Shown here: piece after piece, positions 27,353-36,265 of the stretch
How positions within the stretch are numbered: the first letter of the stretch is position 1
How the letters are laid out: each line of letters opens with the position of its first letter
Assembly (NCBI GenBank): GCA_964469215.1
Contig: CAYXYB010000003.1
Location: 47,348 to 111,347, forward strand
Source of the DNA: an uncultured Lentimicrobiaceae bacterium
GTDB lineage: Bacteria; Bacteroidota; Bacteroidia; Bacteroidales; SKPS01
DNA: 64,000 nucleotides
Direction: 5' to 3'
Position numbers and translations under genes: made by a program
The notes under the pieces: model-generated
Seen by the model: the letters and a program-made list of their open reading frames with translations, nothing else
What the model was told of the DNA's origin: nothing
Database searches by the model: none

Positions 27353-28384
27353 TTGAAAATTACAGCCAGACTGATAAAAAAAGTGATAGACAGTGCTTCT
27401 GAAATTGTCATTGTCGCTCATGAAAATCCTGATGGTGATGCAGTTGGATCAGCTCTTGCATGGTCAAGATTTTTAATTTTACTGAATAAAAAGGTGAAAA
27501 TCTGGTTGCCAGGCCGTTTCCCTGCTTATTATCGGTGGATGGTAGATTCTGACTCTATCAGATTCTTTTCTGAAAATCAGGCTGACCTTATCAGCGATCT
27601 TAATAAATCCGATACTCTGTTTGCAGTTGATATGTCAGCTCTCAACAGAGCCGGTAAAATGTTTGATAATCTTGCTGCTTTTACTGGGAATAAAGTGTTG
27701 ATTGATCATCATATCGATCCTTCCAGGAAAGAATTTGATCATGTGTTCTCTGATATCACTGTCTCATCAACCTGTGAACTAATTTATCATCTGATTGAAA
27801 TGATGGAGCTGAAAGATATGATAACAACAGGTATTGCAGAGGCTTTATATGTTGGTATTATGACAGATACCGGTTCGTTCAGTTTCAATTGTAATTCACC
27901 CGTAACCTACGAGGTGGTTGCAAATCTTGTGAATGCCGGAGTTCTTCCAGATCGGGTTCATAAGCTTGTTTACGATAATAATCATGAAAACAGAATAAGG
28001 TTACTTGGCTATGCTTTGCAAAAAATGAAAGTGCTGAATGAATTCCATACCGCATATATAACTCTTGACAAAGATGAGCTGGAGAAGGCCGGAAGCCTGC
28101 CAGGAGATACCGAAGGAATAGTTAACTTTGCCCTGTCTGTAAAAAGAGTGGTTCTTGCTGCCTTCTTCTCTGTGCGGGATGGAGAAGTCAAAATTTCCTT
28201 TAGGTCAAAAGGCCGATTCTCGGTAAACGATTTCGCTAAAAAACACTTCAACGGAGGAGGTCATTTCAATGCTGCCGGTGGTTCATTCAAAGGAACCATG
28301 AATGAGGCAATTATAAGTTTTGAATCAATTTTATCATCTTATAAAAATGAACTTGCTACCTGCAATGATAAACTTAAATACTAG
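27353..28384 (+). CDS. nrnA: DHH/DHHA1 phosphoesterase (nanoRNase/pAp phosphatase)
   Basis: HENPDGDAVGS, IDHH, TDTGSF, KISFRS and GGGHFNAAG. Confidence 0.9.
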   Translation: MKITARLIKKVIDSASEIVIVAHENPDGDAVGSALAWSRFLILLNKKVKIWLPGRFPAYYRWMVDSDSIRFFSENQADLISDLNKSDTLFAVDMSALNRAGKMFDNLAAFTGNKVLIDHHIDPSRKEFDHVFSDITVSSTCELIYHLIEMMELKDMITTGIAEALYVGIMTDTGSFSFNCNSPVTYEVVANLVNAGVLPDRVHKLVYDNNHENRIRLLGYALQKMKVLNEFHTAYITLDKDELEKAGSLPGDTEGIVNFALSVKRVVLAAFFSVRDGEVKISFRSKGRFSVNDFAKKHFNGGGHFNAAGGSFKGTMNEAIISFESILSSYKNELATCNDKLKY

Positions 28385-28910
28385 TCTGATAATTACCGTT
28401 TTGTTTACTTATTTGATTTATGGTTGTGGCAGCCGTAACCCTGATGACCAAAAATCAATTACCGGGCTGCATCCCGACTCTCTTAAAGAGTATCTGGAAT
28501 ATGCTAATCTTACTTTAAGTGAACATGAAGAAAAAACAATAGATCAGTATGTTGCTCGTCATGAATTGAAGCTTATTCGTACTCAAACAGGATTGCGCTA
28601 TACCATTTATAGGAAAGGCTCAGGTGAAAATGCAAACCTGGGTGATATAGTTATAATTAATTATAAAATTCAATTAATTAACGGGATAGAAATAGAATCC
28701 TCTGATATTGAAGGCCCAATGGAGTTAAGGGTTGGTAAAACCGATGTTGTCAGTGGCTTGCATGAATTGTTACAATATATGAACTGTGGTGCTAAAGCCA
28801 GGGCGATAATACCTTCAAGAATTGCCTACGGTTTTACGGGCGACCAGAAAAAGATTCCCAAAGGGGCCTCATTGATTTATGACATAGAATTACTTGAAAT
28901 TAAAATATAA
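28365..28910 (+). CDS. FKBP-type PPIase lipoprotein (GldI-like)
   Basis: Lipobox IYGC; TGLRY, GLHELLQYM, IIPS.IAYG and IP.GASLIYDIEL. Confidence 0.85.
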   Translation: MINLNTSLIITVLFTYLIYGCGSRNPDDQKSITGLHPDSLKEYLEYANLTLSEHEEKTIDQYVARHELKLIRTQTGLRYTIYRKGSGENANLGDIVIINYKIQLINGIEIESSDIEGPMELRVGKTDVVSGLHELLQYMNCGAKARAIIPSRIAYGFTGDQKKIPKGASLIYDIELLEIKI

Positions 28911-28930
28911 ACTAATTTAAACAATCAATT

Positions 28931-30169
28931 ATGAAAATCTCAAAAACATGGGTGTTTTTTGCAATCCCGTTAATTCTGGCCATTTCTTCCTGTGGTAAGT
29001 TTCCCGGCTTTTCGAAAACTAAAAACGGTTTGTTTTACAAGTTTCACACTTCCGGTGAATGTGATGAGAAACCTGCCCCTGGTGATATTATCAGTTTTGA
29101 TATGCGTGTCTATGCCAAGGATACTGTTTATTCTGAAACCTATCCTGTTAGTAATCAAATGATGGATACTTCAGCTTATCCCGGAGATCTTTATGAGGCA
29201 ATATCTCTGATGTGTGAGGGTGACAGCGCAACCTTTATCCTTTCTTCAGATTCACTTAATAAGTATTATGGTGGTGAGGAAATGGACTTTCCCCAAAAAG
29301 CTTTCATATTTGTTGATATACTTTTACGTGAGGTGATATCAGTTAGACAACAGGAAACAGAAATGGACAGTCTGACTGCTGAAGAGTTATCTTTTTTCGA
29401 AAATTATCAAAGAGACAGCCTTGACGGTTTTGTCGAATTGTCTCCCGGTGTTCATTTTAAAGAGATTGTCAAGGGAAAAGGATTACAGATTTCTGACACC
29501 TCCATGATATCTCTTACATTTCGTGGTTCAACACTCGAAGGGGATGTTTTTTACGCTGAGGAGGATCCACCACTTAGCTTCAGAATTTCTGATAATTCCG
29601 GTATCCCTTTTAACTGGAATGAAGCGTTGAAACAGATGAAAGAAGGTAGCAGGGGAATACTTATTCTCACATCATCAAATGCTTTTGGCAAAGCAGGTTT
29701 CAGACAGGGTATTGTTGGGCCTTACAAATCTGTTAAACTGGAAATTACCATTGGAAAAGTTGCTGCCTCTCCTCAGGATTTCGAAAGATTCACCATTATG
29801 GATTATGTCAAACGAAACAAAATAACAGAAAAACCCGGTAAAGATGGGATTTACAAGATATTGAAAGAGGCCGGAACCGGCGAATTGCTCAAAAGCAAAG
29901 ACCGCGTCATGGTTCACTATACAGGATTTTTCATCGATAACATGAGGGTATTTGATTCATCTCATCAGAAAGGTCAACCTATTGAAGTGACAATAGATGA
30001 ATCCGATGTAATCGAGGGATGGCATAATGCACTGAAGCAGATGCGTGTTGGTGAAAAGTCGCATTTTATAATACCTTCTGCTCTCGCATATGGAAGTTCC
30101 GGCTATTATCCTGTTATTGGCCCGTACTCTCCACTGCTTTTTGAAATGGAGGTTGTTTCAAAACTTTGA
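28931..30169 (+). CDS. Multi-domain FKBP-type PPIase lipoprotein (three FKBP-like domains)
   Basis: Lipobox ISSC; three EA..(L/Q)M..G units; the last domain is canonical (VHYTG, FDSS, VIEGW, IPSALAYG). Confidence 0.85.
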   Translation: MKISKTWVFFAIPLILAISSCGKFPGFSKTKNGLFYKFHTSGECDEKPAPGDIISFDMRVYAKDTVYSETYPVSNQMMDTSAYPGDLYEAISLMCEGDSATFILSSDSLNKYYGGEEMDFPQKAFIFVDILLREVISVRQQETEMDSLTAEELSFFENYQRDSLDGFVELSPGVHFKEIVKGKGLQISDTSMISLTFRGSTLEGDVFYAEEDPPLSFRISDNSGIPFNWNEALKQMKEGSRGILILTSSNAFGKAGFRQGIVGPYKSVKLEITIGKVAASPQDFERFTIMDYVKRNKITEKPGKDGIYKILKEAGTGELLKSKDRVMVHYTGFFIDNMRVFDSSHQKGQPIEVTIDESDVIEGWHNALKQMRVGEKSHFIIPSALAYGSSGYYPVIGPYSPLLFEMEVVSKL

Positions 30170-30196
30170 TTGAATAATTTACAGCAATGATTTCCA

Positions 30197-32482
30197 CTAT
30201 CTGTTCCCTTGCGAAAAGTCAGTGGGGGTCATAAACTGTATATGAGCTCTGAGTAGGTTCATCTCAAAGGAAATCAGATTCTTGGTTTCAGAGATGATGT
30301 TCATAAAAAGCAAACTACTACGTTTTCCTGCCTGGCCACTCTTCACACGCTTGATCTGTCTCAGTACGCAACTGTCCATGTACTGTATAGTCTTCCGGTA
30401 GCTTTGATACATCAACTCCCCGAAAGCAGAATCAGCAGAGGAGAGATTGTTGACCAGAGTTAAAGTCATCTCCTTTTTCATTCTACTGAGTTCGGTGAGA
30501 TCCTGGATCTGATCAGGAGTCATTTCCTTATGGTTGTTATCAACATGTTCAAATGTCTGTTTGCTTATAAAATTGAAAGTATAGGCAAGTTCATTCAGGT
30601 TTTCAATAATCTGGACATAATTATGACTAATTGGTATAGCTTCAGCATCAAGCTTCTGCAATATTTCCGGCAATTGTTGTTTCATAAGCTGGGTTTTCTG
30701 CCTCATCGATTTGGAAACTTTGCATATCTCACCCAGTTTCTTTCTCTTTTCATTAAATAATGCATTCAGAGTTTTATCATACAAAGTGTCTATTTCAGTC
30801 AGGGTTTCTGTAACTGTTAAAATACTTTCCTTTTTGAGTTCATTTACTGATACCGATTTGATAGCATGAATCCTTTCAGTCTCTTCCCTTTTCATTTCCT
30901 TCCTGCTATGCATAATATGAGTTTTATAAACAGTGAAGAGTGTTAATACAATAAAAACTGCAGTAACCCACAATCCACCATAGAATATTGCTGATGCAAT
31001 AATGAAAGAACCCGAGAAGGCAGCCATTGCGGTTATGAACCAACCACCTATAACATTCAAAACGCCGCTTATTCGATAAACAGCACTCTCTCGCCCCCAT
31101 GAACGATCGGCAAACGATGCTCCCATCGCTGTCATGAATGTTACATAAGTTGTTGACAGCGGTAGCTTGTATGATGTGGCATAAGCAATCAGAGCACTCG
31201 AAACAACAAGGATCACAGAAGCACGTATTAGGTCAAATGCTGGCTGATCATCACTTTTTTGCCGGTTTACCTCTGAAAATCTTTTATCAATAGCTCTTTT
31301 AATGGATTTGGGTATGATAAATCCCAAATTGGTTCCAACATGTCGTCCGAACCTTACAATGCTCCTTGCAAGATAATTTGAACTGAAATGCTCATCTCCT
31401 TCATTCTGCCTGGTCAAATCTATTGTAGTATGAATAACAGTTCTGGCCTTCTTTGATTTCCACAAAGTGATAGCCATAATTATTCCAGCCAATATCAACA
31501 GCCATCCCTCTGTTGGCATTGCATCCCTTAAAGCTTCCATTGTGTATGCTCCTGGATTGGCACCTCCACTTGCAGAGAATGCAGAATAGGAGTTGAGCCC
31601 CGCAATTGGAACACCGATGAAGTTGACCAGGTCGTTGCCGGCAAATGCCATCGCCAGGGAGAAGGTGCCAAGCAGAACTATGAATTTCAGTACATTTTCT
31701 TTTATTAGAAAAGTAAGTATCTGAAATATCACCGACCAGAAGACGATACTGTAAATTAAAATCTGATTGGCATTGTTCCTTATGAAAAGTTTCATTCCTT
31801 CCGTCATGAAAGCGGCATCCTTGGCCCCTTTGATAATCATAAAATATGTTATGGATGTAATGGCAATACCGCAGAAAATACCTCCTGCCCATGGCAAAGT
31901 TTTAAAATAATTAAATGAAAAGAGAATCCTTGCCAGATATTGGACAATAGCTCCAACTGTAAAGGCAATGGCTATAGATAAGAGGATTCCCATAATTATC
32001 TCAAAAGCTTTTTTACTGTTGATGTAATCGTTTACAGTTCCTACTGCCAGCCCTCCGTTTATGTTGATCATGTTGGAACGCAGGTTGTACGCAAGAGCTA
32101 TTGCAACAGCCGCACCCAAAAGGTCAAATACAAGGGAAACTGTTGTAGAGGTTGGAAGTCCGAATGAGTTGAATGTGTCAAGCAGGACAACATCCATTAT
32201 CATAACTGCAATAAAAATGATCATTACATCCTTAAAATAGAAGAACTGAGGGTTAAACATCCCTTTCCGCGCGATTTCCATCATGCCGGATGAAAAAGTT
32301 GCCCCGACAAGAATGCCAATCATTGCAACAATCATCACCGTTCTGAATCGTGCAGCACGCGAACCTATTGCACTGTTCAGAAAATTAGTTGCATCATTAG
32401 AAACACCGACGATCAGGTCTGAGATGGCCAGGAGAAAAAGAATAACCACCATTCCAAGATAAATTAGCTCTGAAGAGATCAT
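30197..32482 (-). CDS. PiT-family inorganic phosphate transporter with PhoU-like C-terminal helical domain
   Basis: GVSNDATNFLNSAIGS, GLPTSTTVS, FAGNDLVNFIG and LPLSTTYVTFM; long helical C-terminus. Confidence 0.9.
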   Translation of the reverse strand: MISSELIYLGMVVILFLLAISDLIVGVSNDATNFLNSAIGSRAARFRTVMIVAMIGILVGATFSSGMMEIARKGMFNPQFFYFKDVMIIFIAVMIMDVVLLDTFNSFGLPTSTTVSLVFDLLGAAVAIALAYNLRSNMININGGLAVGTVNDYINSKKAFEIIMGILLSIAIAFTVGAIVQYLARILFSFNYFKTLPWAGGIFCGIAITSITYFMIIKGAKDAAFMTEGMKLFIRNNANQILIYSIVFWSVIFQILTFLIKENVLKFIVLLGTFSLAMAFAGNDLVNFIGVPIAGLNSYSAFSASGGANPGAYTMEALRDAMPTEGWLLILAGIIMAITLWKSKKARTVIHTTIDLTRQNEGDEHFSSNYLARSIVRFGRHVGTNLGFIIPKSIKRAIDKRFSEVNRQKSDDQPAFDLIRASVILVVSSALIAYATSYKLPLSTTYVTFMTAMGASFADRSWGRESAVYRISGVLNVIGGWFITAMAAFSGSFIIASAIFYGGLWVTAVFIVLTLFTVYKTHIMHSRKEMKREETERIHAIKSVSVNELKKESILTVTETLTEIDTLYDKTLNALFNEKRKKLGEICKVSKSMRQKTQLMKQQLPEILQKLDAEAIPISHNYVQIIENLNELAYTFNFISKQTFEHVDNNHKEMTPDQIQDLTELSRMKKEMTLTLVNNLSSADSAFGELMYQSYRKTIQYMDSCVLRQIKRVKSGQAGKRSSLLFMNIISETKNLISFEMNLLRAHIQFMTPTDFSQGNR

Positions 32483-32550
32483 TTGATTATGTTTAGTTTC
32501 ATTTTGATGTTAAAATACATAAGTGCTTTATAAACAGTTTTAACACAACA

Positions 32551-33228
32551 TTAAATATCAGGGCTGCCAAATATCCTGCTCCCGATCCTCACAATGGTTG
32601 AACCCTGTTTCAGAGCAATTTTATAGTCATCAGACATCCCCATTGAAATTTCGCAAAATGATGTATCATTGATGAACCATCGTTCTTTTAAAGCATTGAA
32701 ATAACCTTGAAGTGTGGTGAATTCTGCAGCAATTTGTTTTTCATCATCGGTAAAAGTTGCCATACCCATTACACCGGTGATGGACAAATTCATGCAGGAT
32801 TTCACATCAATATTACGAAATATCTCTTCTGCTTCATTCATTAAAAGACCATACTTAGTTTCTTCACTAGCAATATGAAACTGGAGCAGACATTCAACTT
32901 TACGCTGTTGTTTATCACTCTCTTTAATAATCTCAAGCAAAAGCCTCATAGAATCAACACTGTGAATAACCGATACATAAGGAATAACAAATTTAACCTT
33001 GTTTGTCTGCAGGTGCCCTATAAAATGCCACTCTATATCACCGGGCAGAATGGGAGCTTTGGAAATCAGCTCCTGTGCCTTGTTCTCTCCAAAACATCTG
33101 TGACCAGCATTATATGCCTCCATAATAACTTCAACCGGCTGGTTCTTGGTTACTGCAACCAGCTTAACCCTTTCAGGCAATTCCTTACTCAGCTCGTTTA
33201 GATGACCAGCAATTGAGGTCATAATCAA
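32551..33228 (-). CDS. yggS: PLP homeostasis protein, YggS family
   Basis: LVAVTK, FGENKAQE, WHFIGHLQTNK, GVMGM, SMGMSDD and RIGSRIFG. Confidence 0.95.
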   Translation of the reverse strand: MIMTSIAGHLNELSKELPERVKLVAVTKNQPVEVIMEAYNAGHRCFGENKAQELISKAPILPGDIEWHFIGHLQTNKVKFVIPYVSVIHSVDSMRLLLEIIKESDKQQRKVECLLQFHIASEETKYGLLMNEAEEIFRNIDVKSCMNLSITGVMGMATFTDDEKQIAAEFTTLQGYFNALKERWFINDTSFCEISMGMSDDYKIALKQGSTIVRIGSRIFGSPDI

Positions 33229-33237
33229 GGATATTAG

Positions 33238-33738
33238 TTAAGACTGGTTGAATTCAAAATTCTCCTGATTGGTAAATTTTTCACAATAGTGACATTTGAG
33301 TCTTAATCTGTTATCACTGGTAGTTACCTTAAAGCGTGTTGAAACATTTTGGTTGTTGGTAATACATTTAGGATTGATACAGTTTACTATCCCAGTGACT
33401 GCTTCGGGAATCTGGACATTGAATTTCTTAATGATCTCATAATCGCGAATTTCGATAATTGTTGCAGTTGGTGAGACAAGTGCGATACGGTTTATGTCTT
33501 CATCTTTAAAATAACAGTTGGCAACTTTTATTATGCCTTTTTTACCATATTTTTTGCTTTCAAGGTTAGCACCCAGATATATCTGATCGGCAAAATTCTC
33601 CAATCCGAGTATCTTCACAACCTGCAAAACTTTACCAAGCGATATATGGTCTATTACTGTTCCGTTTTTAATTGCTGAAACATTAAGCTCTTTTCTCTTG
33701 GGGTTATTCATTTGTTCTGAGTTTTTAATATTTTTCAA
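33238..33738 (-). CDS. pyrI: Aspartate carbamoyltransferase regulatory chain
   Basis: VSAIKNGTVIDHI, KGIIK, Zn ligands CINPKCIT and CHYCE. Confidence 0.95.
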   Translation of the reverse strand: MKNIKNSEQMNNPKRKELNVSAIKNGTVIDHISLGKVLQVVKILGLENFADQIYLGANLESKKYGKKGIIKVANCYFKDEDINRIALVSPTATIIEIRDYEIIKKFNVQIPEAVTGIVNCINPKCITNNQNVSTRFKVTTSDNRLRLKCHYCEKFTNQENFEFNQS

Positions 33739-33747
33739 AATATTTGA

Positions 33748-34659
33748 TCATTTCACCAGGCCAAGCAACGATACCAATAATGCCTGTCTGACATATACTC
33801 CGTTTAGTGCCTGCTGGAAATAATAGGCGCGTGAATCTGCATCAATATTCTCATCAATCTCATTCACACGTGGCATAGGATGCAAAATCCTCATATTGGA
33901 TTTTGTCTCTTTAAGCATGGGCAAATTGAGTATATAGGCGTTTTTTACCTTTTCGTAATCCATTGGGTCAGAAAATCGTTCTTTCTGGATTCGGGTCATA
34001 TAAAGAATATCCACCTTTGAAATTGCTTCCATTATGTCAGTATATTGAAAGTAGTTGAGTTTCTTATCTTTGATATATTGTTTCACTGCACTTGGCAGTT
34101 TTAACTCTTCGGGTGAAACGAGATGAAATGTACAGTTAAAATTGGTCATAGCTATAACCAGTGAATGAACAGTACGGCCGTACTTGAGGTCACCAACAAA
34201 AGCAACATTAAGATTTTCCAGCTTTCCCTGGGTTTTCTGAATGGAATACATATCAAGAAGACATTGCGTGGGATGTTGATTTGCTCCATCGCCTGCATTT
34301 ATTACAGGTACCCCGGCTACTTCGCTCGCAAACCTGGCAGAACCTTCAATAGGATGTCGCATAACTATCAGGTCTGAATATAGGGCAACTGTCTTTATGC
34401 TGTCCATTAAAGATTCCCCTTTGGAGGTGCTGGTGATGTTAGCATCTGCAAAACCTATTACTCTTCCACCAAGTTTCTGAACAGCAGTTTCGAAACTCAA
34501 ACGTGTACGGGTTGAGGGTTCAAAAAACAATGAAGCAATTACATAACCCTGTAAGATATCAGATTTTGGATGGTCTTCAAAATTCCTGGCAAGCTCCAGT
34601 ATCCGGAGTTGCTCCTCCTTGCTGAAGTCGTGGATTGAAATCAGGCTCTTGTTCTTCAT
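33748..34659 (-). CDS. pyrB: Aspartate carbamoyltransferase catalytic chain
   Basis: FFEPSTRTRLSFE, NAGDGANQHPTQ, GDLKYGRTVHSL, YMTRIQKERF and HPMPRVNEI. Confidence 0.97.
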   Translation of the reverse strand: MKNKSLISIHDFSKEEQLRILELARNFEDHPKSDILQGYVIASLFFEPSTRTRLSFETAVQKLGGRVIGFADANITSTSKGESLMDSIKTVALYSDLIVMRHPIEGSARFASEVAGVPVINAGDGANQHPTQCLLDMYSIQKTQGKLENLNVAFVGDLKYGRTVHSLVIAMTNFNCTFHLVSPEELKLPSAVKQYIKDKKLNYFQYTDIMEAISKVDILYMTRIQKERFSDPMDYEKVKNAYILNLPMLKETKSNMRILHPMPRVNEIDENIDADSRAYYFQQALNGVYVRQALLVSLLGLVK

Positions 34660-34680
34660 GTATTATTGGTTTTTATTCAA

Positions 34681-34688
34681 CAAAAATA
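34681..34688 (-). promoter_or_regulatory. sigma-A -7 element (TATTTTTG) upstream of pyrB
   Basis: Matches TAnnTTTG about 21 nt upstream of the ATG. Confidence 0.5.
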
Positions 34689-34732
34689 TAATAAGAAGCA
34701 TTAATGATTATCGATTGTTGATAAATCGTAAT

Positions 34733-34765
34733 AAAAAAAAACGGGTGGTAAATCAGACCACCCGT
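34733..34765 (-). terminator. Intrinsic terminator downstream of the cDPGS-like gene
   Basis: Perfect 9-bp stem ACGGGTGGT / ACCACCCGT, 7-nt loop, followed on the minus strand by a T run. Confidence 0.85.
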
Positions 34766-34800
34766 TCTCTGGATATAACCAGATATCTCCACTAAATGCT

Positions 34801-36135
34801 CTATAATTTGTGTTTTTTTATAAAATCATCTATTACAGTTTCAAGGTCTGGTTGGCCGATCTCCTGAAGATCATAGTCTACCTTCGTAGTGGGCTTGTTT
34901 ATCTTCACAAGTCTGTTAAGGTCAATAGGTGTGGCAATAACAACCGAGTCACATTCAGTATTGTTTATTGTTTTCTCAAGGTCTTTAATTTGTTCCTTTC
35001 CATAACCCATTGCAGGAAGTAATGTTCCGATATTGGGGTAGATCCTGAAGGTTTCGGTAAGTTTACCGACGGTATATGGCCTGGGATCAACCAATTCGGC
35101 AGCACCATATCGGCGGGCAGCTACAACACCGGCACCAATCTTCATTTCACCATGCGTTAGGGTAGGACCGTCTTCAACAACAAGAACCCTCTTCCCTTTT
35201 ATCAATTCTGGTTTATCAACCGTTAAAGGAGATGCTCCATCTATAACTATTGCATTGGGATTTACCTTGTTTATGCTTTCCCTTACAATCTGAATTCCCT
35301 CCGGTCCGGCACTATCCATCTTGTTTATTACAACAACATCTGCAAGCCTCAGCGTCAACTCTCCGGGATAATATTTAAGTTCATGACCAGGGCGGTGGGG
35401 ATCCACAACAGTAACCATGAGGTCTGGTTTATAGAATGCAAAGTCATTATTGCCACCATCCCAGAGTATTATATCTGCCTCTTTTTCAGCCTCACGAAGT
35501 ATTGCTTCGTAGTCAACTCCGGCGTAGATCACATTACCACGAACAACATGCGGTTCATACTCCTCCATCTCTTCAATGGTGCATTTGTGTTTGGCAAGGT
35601 CTTCCAAAACAGCAAAACGTTGCACCTTCTGAGCTGCAAGATCGCCGTATGGCATGGGGTGTCGAATTGCGACAACTTTCAGCCCTTTTTTCATCAGAAT
35701 CTCAATAATCCTTCTTGAAGTCTGACTTTTTCCACAGCCCGTTCTCACAGCACCAACAGCAATTACCGGTTTTTTGCTTTTAATCTGAGTCTCATTAGGC
35801 CCTAAAAGGCTGAAATTGGCTCCGGCTGCATTTACTCTGGCACTCATTGCCATAACATAATTATAAGTAACATCAGAATAGGCAAAAACACATGTATCTG
35901 CTTTCAGCCTTTTTATAAGTTCCTCAAGCTCTTCTTCAGCATGAATAGGAATACCACCCGGATAAAGAGTGCCTGCCAACTCGGCAGGATACCTTCTGTC
36001 ATTAATATCAGGTATCTGAGCAGCAGTAAATGCAACTACGTTGAACTCTTCCTTGTCTCGGAAGTAGGTGTTGAAATTGTGAAAATCCCTACCCGCGGCT
36101 CCAATAATGATCACGTTTTTTCTTTTCATTGTCAT
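34801..36135 (-). CDS. Cyclic 2,3-diphosphoglycerate synthetase-like P-loop protein
   Basis: IIGAAGRDFHNFN, AFTAAQIP, P-loop RTGCGKSQT, RHPMPYG, EEMEEYEPH, WDGGNND, VVEDGPTLTHG and LPAMGY. Confidence 0.85.
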   Translation of the reverse strand: MTMKRKNVIIIGAAGRDFHNFNTYFRDKEEFNVVAFTAAQIPDINDRRYPAELAGTLYPGGIPIHAEEELEELIKRLKADTCVFAYSDVTYNYVMAMSARVNAAGANFSLLGPNETQIKSKKPVIAVGAVRTGCGKSQTSRRIIEILMKKGLKVVAIRHPMPYGDLAAQKVQRFAVLEDLAKHKCTIEEMEEYEPHVVRGNVIYAGVDYEAILREAEKEADIILWDGGNNDFAFYKPDLMVTVVDPHRPGHELKYYPGELTLRLADVVVINKMDSAGPEGIQIVRESINKVNPNAIVIDGASPLTVDKPELIKGKRVLVVEDGPTLTHGEMKIGAGVVAARRYGAAELVDPRPYTVGKLTETFRIYPNIGTLLPAMGYGKEQIKDLEKTINNTECDSVVIATPIDLNRLVKINKPTTKVDYDLQEIGQPDLETVIDDFIKKHKL

Positions 36136-36178
36136 ATTAATTTATTTTATTAATGTTGAATATTTTGGTTTGTGGGCA

Positions 36179-36186
36179 CAAATATA
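36179..36186 (-). promoter_or_regulatory. sigma-A -7 element (TATATTTG) for the cDPGS-like gene
   Basis: Matches TAnnTTTG; divergent from the argS promoter. Confidence 0.5.
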
Positions 36187-36232
36187 ATGCTTAATCCGGA
36201 AAAACCGCAATTCAAAGTTTTTACTCTTTTGT

Positions 36233-36240
36233 TATCTTTG
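36233..36240 (+). promoter_or_regulatory. sigma-A -7 element (TATCTTTG) for argS
   Basis: Exact TAnnTTTG, 25 nt upstream of the ATG. Confidence 0.55.
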
Positions 36241-36265
36241 CACTCCATCTGGTAAAACATCTTCA

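Noticed and set aside
30197-32482. Unusually long PiT transporter
   Set aside because: The C-terminal PhoU-like extension is a usual architecture in Bacteroidota.
32508-32545. Pho-box or operator upstream of the phosphate transporter (TGTTAAAA...TTTTAACA inverted repeat)
   Set aside because: An 8-bp AT-only inverted repeat without clear 11-nt direct-repeat periodicity; cannot be distinguished from chance.
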